Virus record (IMG/VR): IMGVR_UViG_3300042517_001594
Span: 1-50,998 of that record
DNA: 50,998 nt
Reading direction: 5' to 3' (one strand)
Source: a virus
Lineage: Duplodnaviria; Caudoviricetes
Below are positions 1 through 8,996 of this stretch, in pieces; position 1 is the first letter of the stretch, and every line of letters starts with the position of its first letter. The notes below the pieces were generated by a model that made no database searches, was not told where the DNA came from, and saw only the letters and a program-made list of their open reading frames with translations. A program made the translations under genes and the position numbers.

Positions 1-127
1 CGGATGGCGGCGTGAAGAGGCCAACCCAGGTTGAGCCACAGGAACAGGATGCGCCTCATGTGATCGCCCCCGGGTCAGGCCCACCGCAGCCCTGCACCTG
101 CGCCGGACGCGGTTCCAGTTCCGCCAC
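1..127 (+). repeat. Terminal direct repeat copy 1 (identical to 50872-50998); circular-assembly overlap
   Basis: Exact match cggatggcggcgtgaagagg...ccagttccgccac at both ends; falls mid-operon. Confidence 0.95.
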
Positions 128-727
128 CCGCGCCCGCAGTCGCTCGTTGTCAAGCTCCAGGGCCTTGACGTTCTCAATCAACGTGCCGAGCCCGGCGCGC
201 GCCTCTTCGTATCCCCTGCCGGGGAACCCTGCCGCATCCAGCGCAGCGCGAAGCGGATACGCGTGCTCGCTGAAGTTGAACGCCTGCGCCCCGCAGATGC
301 TGTCCATGATGGACTCAACCTGCCGCGCGAACGCCTTCAACCGCTCCACCTCCTGCAGCGCTTCCAGGCGGAGCCGGTCCGCGGTGGCGCGTTCGCGTTC
401 CGCCTTCTCGGCGCGGTCCATGTGGCCTCTGGTGATGTCCCTCTGCATCGCCCTGATGCCGCGCTCGTTCGCAATGACGGCCCGCCACCTGCGCGCCTGC
501 TTCATCAGCGCCAGCGCACGCGCGCGGTAGCGGTCGCCGCGCTGCTTCTCCCACGCAGCGTCAATGCGGGCTTGCTTGATGGCCACCTGCGCGTTTTCGC
601 GGTCCGCCTTGGCAATGGTGTCCTGGGTCTTCATCTGTTGCCGCATGACATCCAGGCGCACGTATTCGTTGCCAGCGGCGTCCTGCCAATAGGCGCCGCT
701 GGCGGTGGGCGTGATGGTGATGCTCAT
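56..727 (-). CDS. Hypothetical coiled-coil phage protein
   Basis: Start MSITITPT at 727 overlaps the upstream stop (ATGA); helical, charged sequence. Confidence 0.7.
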   Translation of the reverse strand: MSITITPTASGAYWQDAAGNEYVRLDVMRQQMKTQDTIAKADRENAQVAIKQARIDAAWEKQRGDRYRARALALMKQARRWRAVIANERGIRAMQRDITRGHMDRAEKAERERATADRLRLEALQEVERLKAFARQVESIMDSICGAQAFNFSEHAYPLRAALDAAGFPGRGYEEARAGLGTLIENVKALELDNERLRARVAELEPRPAQVQGCGGPDPGAIT

Positions 728-1041
728 TGTGTCACCCACAGCAGCGCGTTCAGGATGTCGCCGGGGCGCTGCACTTGGAAGTACGCGGGCGGGGCGTTGG
801 GCCGCCGGTCGTCGTAGTGGCCAATCTCCACCACGCCATCGTTGTCGGCGGACACGTACACGCGCCGATGCGGCCCCATCATCTCCCAGAGCGCACCGCC
901 GTGGTCCGTGTGCGATTCGGCAAACACGACAGGAACGGCGTTCACGTGCGCCTCGGCCCACCTGATGAGCACGCCACTGTCGGGGTCGTATCCACCGTGG
1001 CGCATCTCCACATCAGTGACGGTGATGTCGGCGGCGCTCAC
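724..1041 (-). CDS. Hypothetical protein
   Basis: GTG start overlapping the upstream stop; coupled at both ends. Confidence 0.65.
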   Translation of the reverse strand: MSAADITVTDVEMRHGGYDPDSGVLIRWAEAHVNAVPVVFAESHTDHGGALWEMMGPHRRVYVSADNDGVVEIGHYDDRRPNAPPAYFQVQRPGDILNALLWVTQ

Positions 1042-1550
1042 GGCTCCCTCAGCGGCACGTAGAGGATGCGGGCGCCGCTCACGCCGTCCTTCCATCGCCA
1101 CTGCATCCGCCAGTGCTTCCGGCCGTGGGCGTTGAGTGCATGCACGGCAATGCGGCCCATGACATCACCGATGGAGGTGATGACGCACCCGTAATCCACG
1201 ACGGTGCCGAGCGGCAGCGTGGCGGCATCTTCGTCGTGCTCCACCACCGTCCCCGCGCGCGGGTGCATCGGACCCTCCTCGCGCACCTGGGGCTCGCCCA
1301 CGTCCTCGGGCCACCAGCCGCCCACCGGCTCCGCGGGCTGGTCCAGCAGGGTGCGGGCTGGCGTTGCTTGGCGTGCGGTCTTGGCCGGCGATGCGTTGTG
1401 CTGCTTTGCCACCACATCCGCAGTGCTCTCCGATAGCCGCTCGCGGTGGAACCCACAGGGGCGCCGCACGTACCAACTTGGGTTCTGGTTCACGAGCTGC
1501 GGGACAATCTGGTGCACGGTTGCTGCGTGCGTCTTGGTGGGCGCGCTCAT
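1038..1550 (-). CDS. Hypothetical protein
   Basis: 170 aa ORF with 4-bp overlaps at both ends in the leftward operon. Confidence 0.65.
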   Translation of the reverse strand: MSAPTKTHAATVHQIVPQLVNQNPSWYVRRPCGFHRERLSESTADVVAKQHNASPAKTARQATPARTLLDQPAEPVGGWWPEDVGEPQVREEGPMHPRAGTVVEHDEDAATLPLGTVVDYGCVITSIGDVMGRIAVHALNAHGRKHWRMQWRWKDGVSGARILYVPLREP

Positions 1551-1750
1551 GACTCACGCCCCATCCGAGACGCCACGCGCGCAGCGGTCATGAACGCGTT
1601 GTCCACGGTGACGTCAACACCGGCCACGGGCTTCTCGTCCGCGCTCTTCTGGTTGATGTCCCGCACCACCTTCACGACGGACCATTCCGCCATCCCGTCG
1701 GCTCGGACGCGCACCTTCACGTCGAACCCTTCCAGGCTCTTCACCGACAT
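1547..1750 (-). CDS. Small hypothetical protein
   Basis: MSVKSLEGF start with GGAGG upstream; coupled to the next gene. Confidence 0.65.
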   Translation of the reverse strand: MSVKSLEGFDVKVRVRADGMAEWSVVKVVRDINQKSADEKPVAGVDVTVDNAFMTAARVASRMGRES

Positions 1751-2058
1751 GCATCCTCCAAGGCGACCCAAGCCGAGCCGCCGTCAACCGGGCGGCACAC
1801 GGCCACCGGGCAATCCGATTCGTTGAAGCGCACAATGCCGTGCTGGTGGTCGCGGCATGCATTGGCCAGGTGCACGGGGGCGGTGCACGCGCCCTCGGTG
1901 AGCGCAATCAACAGCAGCGCCGTCGCCGCGTTCACCCTGCGGATGCGCTGCGCCAGCGTCGTCGGACCGGCTTGTGGCGCCAGCATGCCCGCGCGCATGA
2001 GCCCGTAGCCGAGGAAGCGCAGCGCGGTGCGCTCACGCCGGGTGAGACGTGCGGTCAT
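1741..2058 (-). CDS. Hypothetical protein (C-terminal CxxH...CxxC motif)
   Basis: MTARLTRRE start with GAGG; fills the operon gap. Confidence 0.55.
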   Translation of the reverse strand: MTARLTRRERTALRFLGYGLMRAGMLAPQAGPTTLAQRIRRVNAATALLLIALTEGACTAPVHLANACRDHQHGIVRFNESDCPVAVCRPVDGGSAWVALEDACR

Positions 2059-2060
2059 GG

Positions 2061-2411
2061 TCACCTCGAGAGAGCGTGGACCACGGCGCGGAAGATGAAG
2101 TCCTTGGCCTGCTGTTCCCGCGGGAGCTCCGTAAACGGCACCATGCACGGGTGCTCCCGCTTCACGGCGTCCTTCACGGGGCCATAGACCCAGCCGTCTG
2201 CAACCTTCTGCTTCATCCAGCTTTCGTGTGACGCCGAAGGCCCGTGGTCGCCGGACTGGTGAAGCTGCACGCCCTTGACCGCGCTTTCGCGCTGCCATGC
2301 GGGTGCTTCCTCCCAAGGCACCTGCGACGCATCACCGAGAGATTCACAGTACGCGCGGTTCACCTCGTGGCAGACGCGCGCAATCTCCACAGCAGACATG
2401 GCGGCCCGCAT
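2061..2411 (-). CDS. Phage RyR (ryanodine receptor repeat) domain protein
   Basis: Motifs IARVCHEVNRAYC, HESWM..K..DGWVYGPVKD..KREHPCMVPF.ELP..QQAKD typical of the prokaryotic/phage RyR domain. Confidence 0.85.
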   Translation of the reverse strand: MRAAMSAVEIARVCHEVNRAYCESLGDASQVPWEEAPAWQRESAVKGVQLHQSGDHGPSASHESWMKQKVADGWVYGPVKDAVKREHPCMVPFTELPREQQAKDFIFRAVVHALSR

Positions 2412-2809
2412 CAGTTCGCTCCGCCGGTGCGCAGTTCCTCATCACCCAGGGGCAGCTCGCCCTGCCGCAGCGCCGCCAACTCCGCGCTGGTGAGCGGGCG
2501 GTCCGCTACGGTCTCGCCGGTGTCGTCACGCAGCAAGAACGCCTTGGCCTCACGCTCCACGTAAATCCAGTGGCAGGGCATCGGGCGGTACTCCTGGCCT
2601 TCGCTCACCACGCGCGCCAGGGCGCTCTGCTGGGACTCAATCTCCTGCGCCTTCTTCTTGAAGGACGCGGCGGCCTCCTTGGCGGATTCCTTGTTGGCGC
2701 TCAGCTGGTAGCCGAGCTGGGCCAGCTGCTTCCCGCGCTCGGCCACCTCCGTGTCGGTCAGCTTGAAGGGGCACTGGTGGATGATGGTTTCGGGACGGGC
2801 CTTGGCCAT
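2411..2809 (-). CDS. Coiled-coil hypothetical phage protein with C-terminal QGELPL motif
   Basis: MAKARPET start with AGGA; R.DTGE...RPLT..E..QGELPL pattern. Confidence 0.75.
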   Translation of the reverse strand: MAKARPETIIHQCPFKLTDTEVAERGKQLAQLGYQLSANKESAKEAAASFKKKAQEIESQQSALARVVSEGQEYRPMPCHWIYVEREAKAFLLRDDTGETVADRPLTSAELAALRQGELPLGDEELRTGGAN

Positions 2810-2926
2810 GGTGTGTGTTCCTGTGGTGGTGATGGGTTGGTGAGGGAAAAGGAGCCGGTCCGCAGATGCGGTTACCGCCACCGGCTTGGCGTGCTGCCCA
2901 GGGTGGTGTGGCTGGGCAATGTGAGC

Positions 2927-3226
2927 TCAGCCGACGGTGCGCGGCGGAATCAGGGAGTCCAGTGCGCCGCCCACCAGCTTGGCGGGGCCGGGACCCAGCA
3001 GGCCCGCCATGCCCTTGAGCGCGGCAATGGCCGGCTCCACGGGCGCATCCGCGGTCACCGTGGGCACCTCCAGAATCGGGATGCTGGTGGCCACCGTGGC
3101 GTCCGGGATGGTGTTGCCGTTCAGGTCGGCCACCACCACGATGCCAACGGCACTGCCGCCCAGGTGCGCCCGGATTTCGTCGGCCTTGTCGGCCAAATAC
3201 TTTTGCTTCTCGCTCAGCGTGGACAT
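2927..3226 (-). CDS. Hypothetical protein
   Basis: MSTLSEKQ start with GGAG; GC3-biased codons. Confidence 0.65.
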   Translation of the reverse strand: MSTLSEKQKYLADKADEIRAHLGGSAVGIVVVADLNGNTIPDATVATSIPILEVPTVTADAPVEPAIAALKGMAGLLGPGPAKLVGGALDSLIPPRTVG

Positions 3227-3311
3227 GGTGACTCCCGAGGGCGCACTGGAGTGGCGCCGCGTGGTCACCGTGGTGCGTGTCCTGTAGCGGTGGAGCAAGA
3301 GGAATCCAGCT

Positions 3312-3644
3312 TCATTGCTTCCCCGTGAGCGCGGCGCGCACGTCAGCAAGAACCACGCGCCATGACTTCATGGCCTCCTGGTAGGTGCTGCGCCGACTGT
3401 CCAATGCCGCCTTCCACCAATCCTCACGCGCATCCGTGAGACGGTCCAGCAGCGCGTCCGTTTGGTCTTCGGGCATCGGCTTCCGCAGGGCAGCGAGGGC
3501 GCGCAGTTGATGCTCAACCACCACCGGCATCCCGCACAAATTATCCATGCCCGCCAGTTTGCAATACAGCCATCCGGGCCGGCTGGTGTTGCGGACCATT
3601 TCGCTCCCGCACAGCGGGCAGTTCGGGAGGTCAGAAGAGTGCAT
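3312..3644 (-). CDS. Zinc-ribbon protein
   Basis: CPLCGSEM...WLYC...C motif. Confidence 0.65.
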   Translation of the reverse strand: MHSSDLPNCPLCGSEMVRNTSRPGWLYCKLAGMDNLCGMPVVVEHQLRALAALRKPMPEDQTDALLDRLTDAREDWWKAALDSRRSTYQEAMKSWRVVLADVRAALTGKQ

Positions 3645-3840
3645 GGTTGCCTCTGGTATTCTCTTCGCAGTCCCAACACCAACAGGAGAGAAACCCGCGG
3701 TGGCGGCGGTTGAGCGGGTCAACACGCACCACGCGCGCGTTTCGGTCGCCGGTGGAAATGTCTTTGTGGCACATCACACAGAAGCGGGACGTGCGCGGGC
3801 GGGGCCGGTTGTCGGGATCCATGTCCTTCACGCGGCGCAT
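3631..3840 (-). CDS. Small zinc-finger protein
   Basis: FCVMC...CWCWDC; start coupled to the upstream stop. Confidence 0.6.
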   Translation of the reverse strand: MRRVKDMDPDNRPRPRTSRFCVMCHKDISTGDRNARVVRVDPLNRRHRGFLSCWCWDCEENTRGNHALF

Positions 3841-4106
3841 CACGGCTTCACCTCCGCCTTGCTGGCTGCGTCCGGTGGCGGAAGGTGCGTCCAGTGTGTG
3901 GGCTTGAAGTTACTATTCCAGTCCGCCCACGCACCTCGCCTGCCTGACCCGTGCCAGTTGAATCACCCCACGGTGTAGTGCGGCGTGCCGTCGGCTTGGA
4001 CCTTCATCAGCAGCAGCCACGGTCCGTGCTGATACGGGCCTAGTGTGCCCTTGGGCGCGGTTTCGATGGGCTGCCAAACACGCTCCACTTTCACGTCACC
4101 CGGCAT
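3840..4106 (-). pseudogene. DUF551-like protein with an in-frame TGA (pseudogene or readthrough)
   Basis: WQPIETAP N-terminus, TGA at 3965-3963, then the same frame continues FNWHG...PTHWTHLPPP to a stop at 3840. Confidence 0.75.
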
Positions 4107-4935
4107 GGCGCACCTCCGGCACCTGCTGGATGCGCAGGTCTGGCGCAAACCAATCGGGGTCAGCGATGTGCCCACGCGGCGGCGGCGGCCCATCAAACCT
4201 GTGCCGCACGGTGTTGGCGCCGTATTGCTTGAAGAAGTACGGCACGCCCGCGGTCGCGCACTGGTCCCGCAGCGAACGCGCCCACGCCAAGTCAAACGGG
4301 CGTGCGTGCGGGCCGCTTTCGCCGCCCTGGATGACCCATTCCACGGCGTGGTGGCCAGATAGGCTTACGTGCTCCAGCTGCGGCTCCACGCTCAGGAACC
4401 GCACCGGCGCGGGGATATCCAGCAGCAACGGGATACGTTCGTCCGCGCGCGGCTGGTCCTCCACGGTGGTGCCCACCCAAACGTTGCGGGGCCAGTGCTC
4501 CGCGGATGGCGTCTCTCCATCCGGGGCAGTCCACCAGCGGCGCGGCACCATCCGCAGCACGTTTCCCGGCCGCTTCGTCAGCAGCAGCCACGCCACACCT
4601 GGCGTGGCGTGAATGAGCGCCCACAGCCATTGCCGCGGCTCGTCCAGTTCCCGCAGGTCCTCGAACACATCCGCGAGGCTGGAGCAAAACACGCGGTGTT
4701 CGCGCCCGGTCTTCGCCGCCTCCGCGTTCCACCGCAGCGGCTCACGCCACATGGATGCCGACGCAATGACGCGCGTGCCGCCAGATGCAGGCGGGCCCCA
4801 CTGGCCCAGCAGCGCATGGTTCCGCTTGCTCAGCGTCTCGGCGTAGCAGTGCTCACACCCAGGCGAGACGCGCTGACACCCGCGCCACGGATTGAACGTG
4901 GAGTGCGTCCACGCGATTCCGGTTTTCAGTCCCAT
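4096..4935 (-). CDS. DUF5131 / phage Gp37Gp68 family protein
   Basis: I.WT..TFNPWRGC..VSPGCEHCYAE, LLTKRP, NVWVGTTVEDQ, RFLSVEP, WVI.GGESG, FFKQ. Confidence 0.92.
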   Translation of the reverse strand: MGLKTGIAWTHSTFNPWRGCQRVSPGCEHCYAETLSKRNHALLGQWGPPASGGTRVIASASMWREPLRWNAEAAKTGREHRVFCSSLADVFEDLRELDEPRQWLWALIHATPGVAWLLLTKRPGNVLRMVPRRWWTAPDGETPSAEHWPRNVWVGTTVEDQPRADERIPLLLDIPAPVRFLSVEPQLEHVSLSGHHAVEWVIQGGESGPHARPFDLAWARSLRDQCATAGVPYFFKQYGANTVRHRFDGPPPPRGHIADPDWFAPDLRIQQVPEVRHAG

Positions 4936-5189
4936 CACGCGCCTCCCTTCTTCTTTGCTGCCTTGGCTTCGCGCGCCTTCGCCGCTGCTTCCTTCACGCG
5001 CGCGTCCCACCACCACTCCGCCACCACCAGGTCTCCGCTTGCTCCGTCCGTGGCGTTGAACACCTCGCTGTCGTCGTGGATGGCGCTTTGCGGCACCCAC
5101 GCCTCGCCGACGCCCGGGATGTTCACCAGAAGCGCCTTGCCGGTGCTCCGCATTGCGTTGCATCCGCTGAACCGCATCACATCACCCAT
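4935..5189 (-). CDS. Hypothetical phage protein
   Basis: TGKALLV...WVPQS.IHDDSEV...G.LVV.EW pattern; coupled gene. Confidence 0.7.
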   Translation of the reverse strand: MGDVMRFSGCNAMRSTGKALLVNIPGVGEAWVPQSAIHDDSEVFNATDGASGDLVVAEWWWDARVKEAAAKAREAKAAKKKGGA

Positions 5190-5658
5190 GGTTCTCCACC
5201 CCTTCCTGCGTCCGCACCGCGGCCGCGGGTTGCTCAATGAACGTCAGCTCCACGCGGGGATTCCGCGCGTCCTTGCCCAGGCGCGAGCCGTCCCAGCTCA
5301 CGATGTGCTTGTCGTTGTCGATGATGCCGTGGTCCTGCAGCAGGTCACCGAGCCCGACAATGAAGTTGTCCAGGTCCCCGGTGGCGCGGTCACGAAAGAA
5401 CACCGCGCACACGCGCCACTTCCGGCCCGGCGGCAGCACGGCATCGGGCCGCTTCTGGCCTGCGCGCTTCGCGGCCGAGAGCTTGCGCCAGTGCTGGTGG
5501 AGGTACATCAACATGGGGTCCAGCGGCGGATGCACGCGCGCGGTCTTCACCCACGTCACCCACGCGGGGTTCGGCAGGTGATGCCCGTTGGCCAGGTGGA
5601 TGCCATGGTTCTTCTTGGTGCGTGGCGCGCCGTAGATGGTGAAGCTGTACGTGCTCAT
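5182..5658 (-). CDS. rusA: RusA-like Holliday junction resolvase
   Basis: G.P..KKN, DLDN....D......DND..I, D..NPRVE. Confidence 0.85.
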   Translation of the reverse strand: MSTYSFTIYGAPRTKKNHGIHLANGHHLPNPAWVTWVKTARVHPPLDPMLMYLHQHWRKLSAAKRAGQKRPDAVLPPGRKWRVCAVFFRDRATGDLDNFIVGLGDLLQDHGIIDNDKHIVSWDGSRLGKDARNPRVELTFIEQPAAAVRTQEGVENHG

Positions 5659-7007
5659 GTCGGTTCCTTTGCGGCGGCGCCCTGGATGTGCCGCGCGTAG
5701 ACGGCGCCATCCCTGATGGCCCATCCGAGGGGTCGGTTGTCGGTGGTCAGCTCAGCCACCAGGCCTTCGCGCAGCAGCTCCAGGAGCAGCGCCTTGGCGG
5801 TGGCCGGGGTGCAGCGCAGCATCCCACCCAGCGTGGTGCTGCCCATGGGGCGGTCTGCGTTGTTGAGGATGCTGAGGGCCCGGGCGCGCCGTTCGTCCCG
5901 GGTGTCCTTCTTCTTCGGGCTGGCTTCTTCCTTGGGTGGCGCATCCCGCACCTCCCAATCAAGGCGCATGGCGAATCCGTCCTCGTTGTCCACGATGACG
6001 GGGTTGATGATGATGGGCCGGTGCTTGCGCCCCGTGCGCAGGTCGAATGTGACCCGCGCCTCCATGGAGTCGTCGTCATCCGGGCGCGTCTTCTCGAAAT
6101 ACACGCCGCCCTGGACCATCTGGTGAATGACGCTGGACCCGCGCATGCGCTGCCCACCGCGCCGCTTGCCGCTGCTGGCGGACGCCTTGCCCGCGTGCTG
6201 CACCACCCACACGGTGGCCCCGGTGATGTCCCGGATGAACTTCAGCTGGCCCATGACGCGCTTCAGTTCGGTGGCGCTGTTCTCGTCCTCAATGCTGAAC
6301 ACGTCCAACAGCGGGTCAATCAGCACCGCCGCCGGCAGCTCGCCCACCTCATTGCTGTGGCGCAGCACGCGCGCGCAAAACTCCACCACGGACTCGTCAT
6401 CCAGCAGGTCCGCGGACTGGCTCGGCAGGATGCGAACGCGCTTGGCCACCAGCGCCCGCTGCTCCTGGGTGAACCGCACCGCCAGCGCCGTGGTGCGCGC
6501 CTGCAGCTCCTGTTGCGTGTCCTCCGCGCAGAAGACGTACGTGGGGCCGCTGGTCTCCACCGGGAAATCAGCGCAGCCCCAGAGGCACGCCCGGCACGCA
6601 ATGGCCATGAGCAGGTCCAGCATGGTCCAGGTCTTCCCGCACTTCGGTTCCGCGGACAGGACCATCAGGCGGCCCGGCAGCGAGAAGTGGCGCACCTGCC
6701 ACTCCATCTTGGGGAACCGCTTTTCCCAGAGCTGGCCCACCGTGAGGTCATCCTCGGTGAACCGCGTGAACCCCTTGGCGCGCGCCTTGAGCTTTCCGAG
6801 CCGTTCCCGCGCAACGCCGCGCCAGTGGTGCAGCGGGTCGTTCTCGGGCGTGCTCTTCGCCTCCTCCGGGTCGGTGTTGGCCGCGGGGAGCAGCGGCTTC
6901 CCCGCCAGCGCAGCGCCAGCCATCTGGGCCACCAGCGCCTGGAACTCCGGGTGCTGGGCCAGCGCGTGGAAGTTGATGGCGGGGGTCTCAGGCTGCGTCA
7001 CGCGCAT
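5655..7007 (-). CDS. AAA_25 / RepA-like (SF4-type) replicative helicase with C-terminal winged-helix domain
   Basis: Walker A AEPKCGKT, AED, Walker B VLIDPL, VVQHAGK, MRGSS; start could be 7007 or 7001. Confidence 0.88.
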   Translation of the reverse strand: MRVTQPETPAINFHALAQHPEFQALVAQMAGAALAGKPLLPAANTDPEEAKSTPENDPLHHWRGVARERLGKLKARAKGFTRFTEDDLTVGQLWEKRFPKMEWQVRHFSLPGRLMVLSAEPKCGKTWTMLDLLMAIACRACLWGCADFPVETSGPTYVFCAEDTQQELQARTTALAVRFTQEQRALVAKRVRILPSQSADLLDDESVVEFCARVLRHSNEVGELPAAVLIDPLLDVFSIEDENSATELKRVMGQLKFIRDITGATVWVVQHAGKASASSGKRRGGQRMRGSSVIHQMVQGGVYFEKTRPDDDDSMEARVTFDLRTGRKHRPIIINPVIVDNEDGFAMRLDWEVRDAPPKEEASPKKKDTRDERRARALSILNNADRPMGSTTLGGMLRCTPATAKALLLELLREGLVAELTTDNRPLGWAIRDGAVYARHIQGAAAKEPT

Positions 7008-7896
7008 CCCCACGCAGCGCGGCCGCAAGATGCAGCGCCACCACCGGCGCGCCCACCGCCGCCACCCAGTCACCCAGGCCCGTGGCGCCCGCGGGCACGG
7101 AGCCGGCGCCCATCAGGCGGCCCCATCCGGGACGCACGTAGTCAATCCCCGCCGCAGCCAGCTGGCGGCCGCACCGGTCCATGGCCTCCAGCCGCCGGTC
7201 CAGGTCCGCGGACTGCAGTGATGACAGCACCACCGCGGCGCGCAGGGACTTGGAGCGCTGGGCAAGAATGCGCCCCCATGCCCGCCAGTCCCATGGGCTC
7301 AGCACGCACAGGACGTCGGTGTCACCCCACTCACGCGCCACCACCGTGGCGGCCCACGCGTCCGGCAGCGTCTCCGTGATGAGGATGGCGGGCTCGCTGT
7401 ACGGCCACATCCGCGGCCGCCACCCGCGCGGGACGTCCTGCAGGCCTCCACGGGTGCCCGGCAGCTGCGCCACCGCGCCATCCCGCAGGTGCCACAGGCC
7501 CGCCACGTTGGGCAGCATGTGCGTGCGGCTCGCCTCATCCGCATCCTCGGACGTCCACCAGAGCGCCGGCCCGTGCTCACGGATGCGCGCGCGTGCCCAC
7601 CCGCGCACGGACTCCGGCAACAGCGCCGGGTCACACGCGTGCACGCCACCCAGCGCACCGTCGTTCAGGCATTCGCGCGCGTTGAGGCGCTCCTTCGCGT
7701 CGTCGGCCATCACGCCGCGCCCAAAGAGCGGGTGCCGCGCCTCCGCCAGCCGGCGGGACACCGCCCATGCATGCAGCGGGCGCGGGTCCACGCGGGCCAT
7801 GGCGGCCTGCATGGCATCCAGCTCCGCCACGCTGTGACGCGCGCGCGGTGACAGGTCTGCGCCTGGGAAGGCGGAGAGAAGCGTGGCGGAGTTCAC
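6988..7896 (-). CDS. Hypothetical protein, possible degenerate TOPRIM primase
   Basis: Directly upstream of the helicase; ILITETLPDAWAA resembles the TOPRIM hhhEG..D motif. Confidence 0.5.
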   Translation of the reverse strand: MNSATLLSAFPGADLSPRARHSVAELDAMQAAMARVDPRPLHAWAVSRRLAEARHPLFGRGVMADDAKERLNARECLNDGALGGVHACDPALLPESVRGWARARIREHGPALWWTSEDADEASRTHMLPNVAGLWHLRDGAVAQLPGTRGGLQDVPRGWRPRMWPYSEPAILITETLPDAWAATVVAREWGDTDVLCVLSPWDWRAWGRILAQRSKSLRAAVVLSSLQSADLDRRLEAMDRCGRQLAAAGIDYVRPGWGRLMGAGSVPAGATGLGDWVAAVGAPVVALHLAAALRGDARDAA

Positions 7897-8996
7897 CCGG
7901 CCCCCATCGCCAGGAAGGCACGCGCGCCATCCGCAGCGTCGGAGTTGAGCACCAGCACGGCGTCGCCCACGGTGGCCAGGTGGATGCGCCCCACCATGCC
8001 CGCGGATGCGGAGGTCAGGTCACGCGCGCCCACCCGCACCACGCGCGGGCTTGGCGCCCCCACCGCGGGCAGCATGTCGCACACCAGGCCGCCCTGGGTC
8101 GGTCCGGTAGCGGTGGCCGCGGAGACCATCAGCCCGCGCTTCACGTGCTCCAGGCGCACCTGCAGGTCATCGTCACTCCCAAGCGCCCGCACGCGCTCCA
8201 GGACGGTGTGCATCCGGTCAGCGCTCACCTGGACCCAGCGCGCCGCTTCCTCTTCCGCCAGCGCCAGCGCGCTGTCTGGGTAGCGCTGCGCAATGAGCCG
8301 GATGCGCAGCCACAGCTGACCCGCCTGCACAAAGAGTGTCCCGCCGCACAGCCCCCACGACACGTCCGCGCAGCTCTGCAGGTGGTCGGACAGCAGCCGC
8401 ACCGCGCGGCCGGGCAAAAGCAGCGGGGGCAGCGTCACCGCGCATGGGACCGAACGCCGCAACATCACCCGGTTGTTGGATGCGACGGCGGTGAGCGCCT
8501 CACCATCCGCGCGCAGCAGCACGCCCGTCATGGCGTACGTGGTGCTGAGACCGTCCCCGGTGTGCGCGGCCATCCCCGCCAGCACCGTCTGCAGGGAACG
8601 CGCGGGAACGGTGGGCAGCGGTTCCAGCGGAGCCGCGGGATTCTCCACGCGCACCGGGGTGTATGTGTGCAGGCCCGTGCGCCACGGGCCGGAGGAAAAC
8701 TCGGCCACGTCCCCATCCGCGCGCAGACACACGTCCCCCCATTCGGGCGCATGCCGCACCACCTCCGCGGCGTGGTGCGCCAGCAGCGCCGTCTCACCCC
8801 TGGAGGACACGCGCGCAGAGACCACCGCGCGCAAGCCCAGCTCCCCGCCGTCAGCGGCGTGCAGCTCCACGTGGTGCGCGTCCAGCGTCCGCAGGGTGAC
8901 GCAGGACAGAGACGTGGGCGGGCTGCTCGGAATGGCCACCCGCTCAGCCAGGCGCATGGCGGCGAGCCAGTCTGAGCGGTCAAAGGCGACGCGCAT
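7893..8996 (-). CDS. dnaN: Divergent DNA polymerase III beta sliding clamp-like protein
   Basis: 367 aa; DnaN-like segments MTGVLL....LTAVASN, LLPGRA, RLIAQRYPD along a three-domain length. Confidence 0.8.
   Translation of the reverse strand: MRVAFDRSDWLAAMRLAERVAIPSSPPTSLSCVTLRTLDAHHVELHAADGGELGLRAVVSARVSSRGETALLAHHAAEVVRHAPEWGDVCLRADGDVAEFSSGPWRTGLHTYTPVRVENPAAPLEPLPTVPARSLQTVLAGMAAHTGDGLSTTYAMTGVLLRADGEALTAVASNNRVMLRRSVPCAVTLPPLLLPGRAVRLLSDHLQSCADVSWGLCGGTLFVQAGQLWLRIRLIAQRYPDSALALAEEEAARWVQVSADRMHTVLERVRALGSDDDLQVRLEHVKRGLMVSAATATGPTQGGLVCDMLPAVGAPSPRVVRVGARDLTSASAGMVGRIHLATVGDAVLVLNSDAADGARAFLAMGAG

Noticed and set aside
3963-3965. Genome-wide TGA recoding to Trp
   Set aside because: Most genes end in TGA with tight ATGA/TGATG coupling; only one internal TGA was found
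5688-5891. Z-alpha (Z-DNA-binding) identity of the shared winged-helix domain
   Set aside because: The P..W wing is reminiscent, but the Asn and Tyr of the Z-alpha recognition helix are absent (AKALLLEL)
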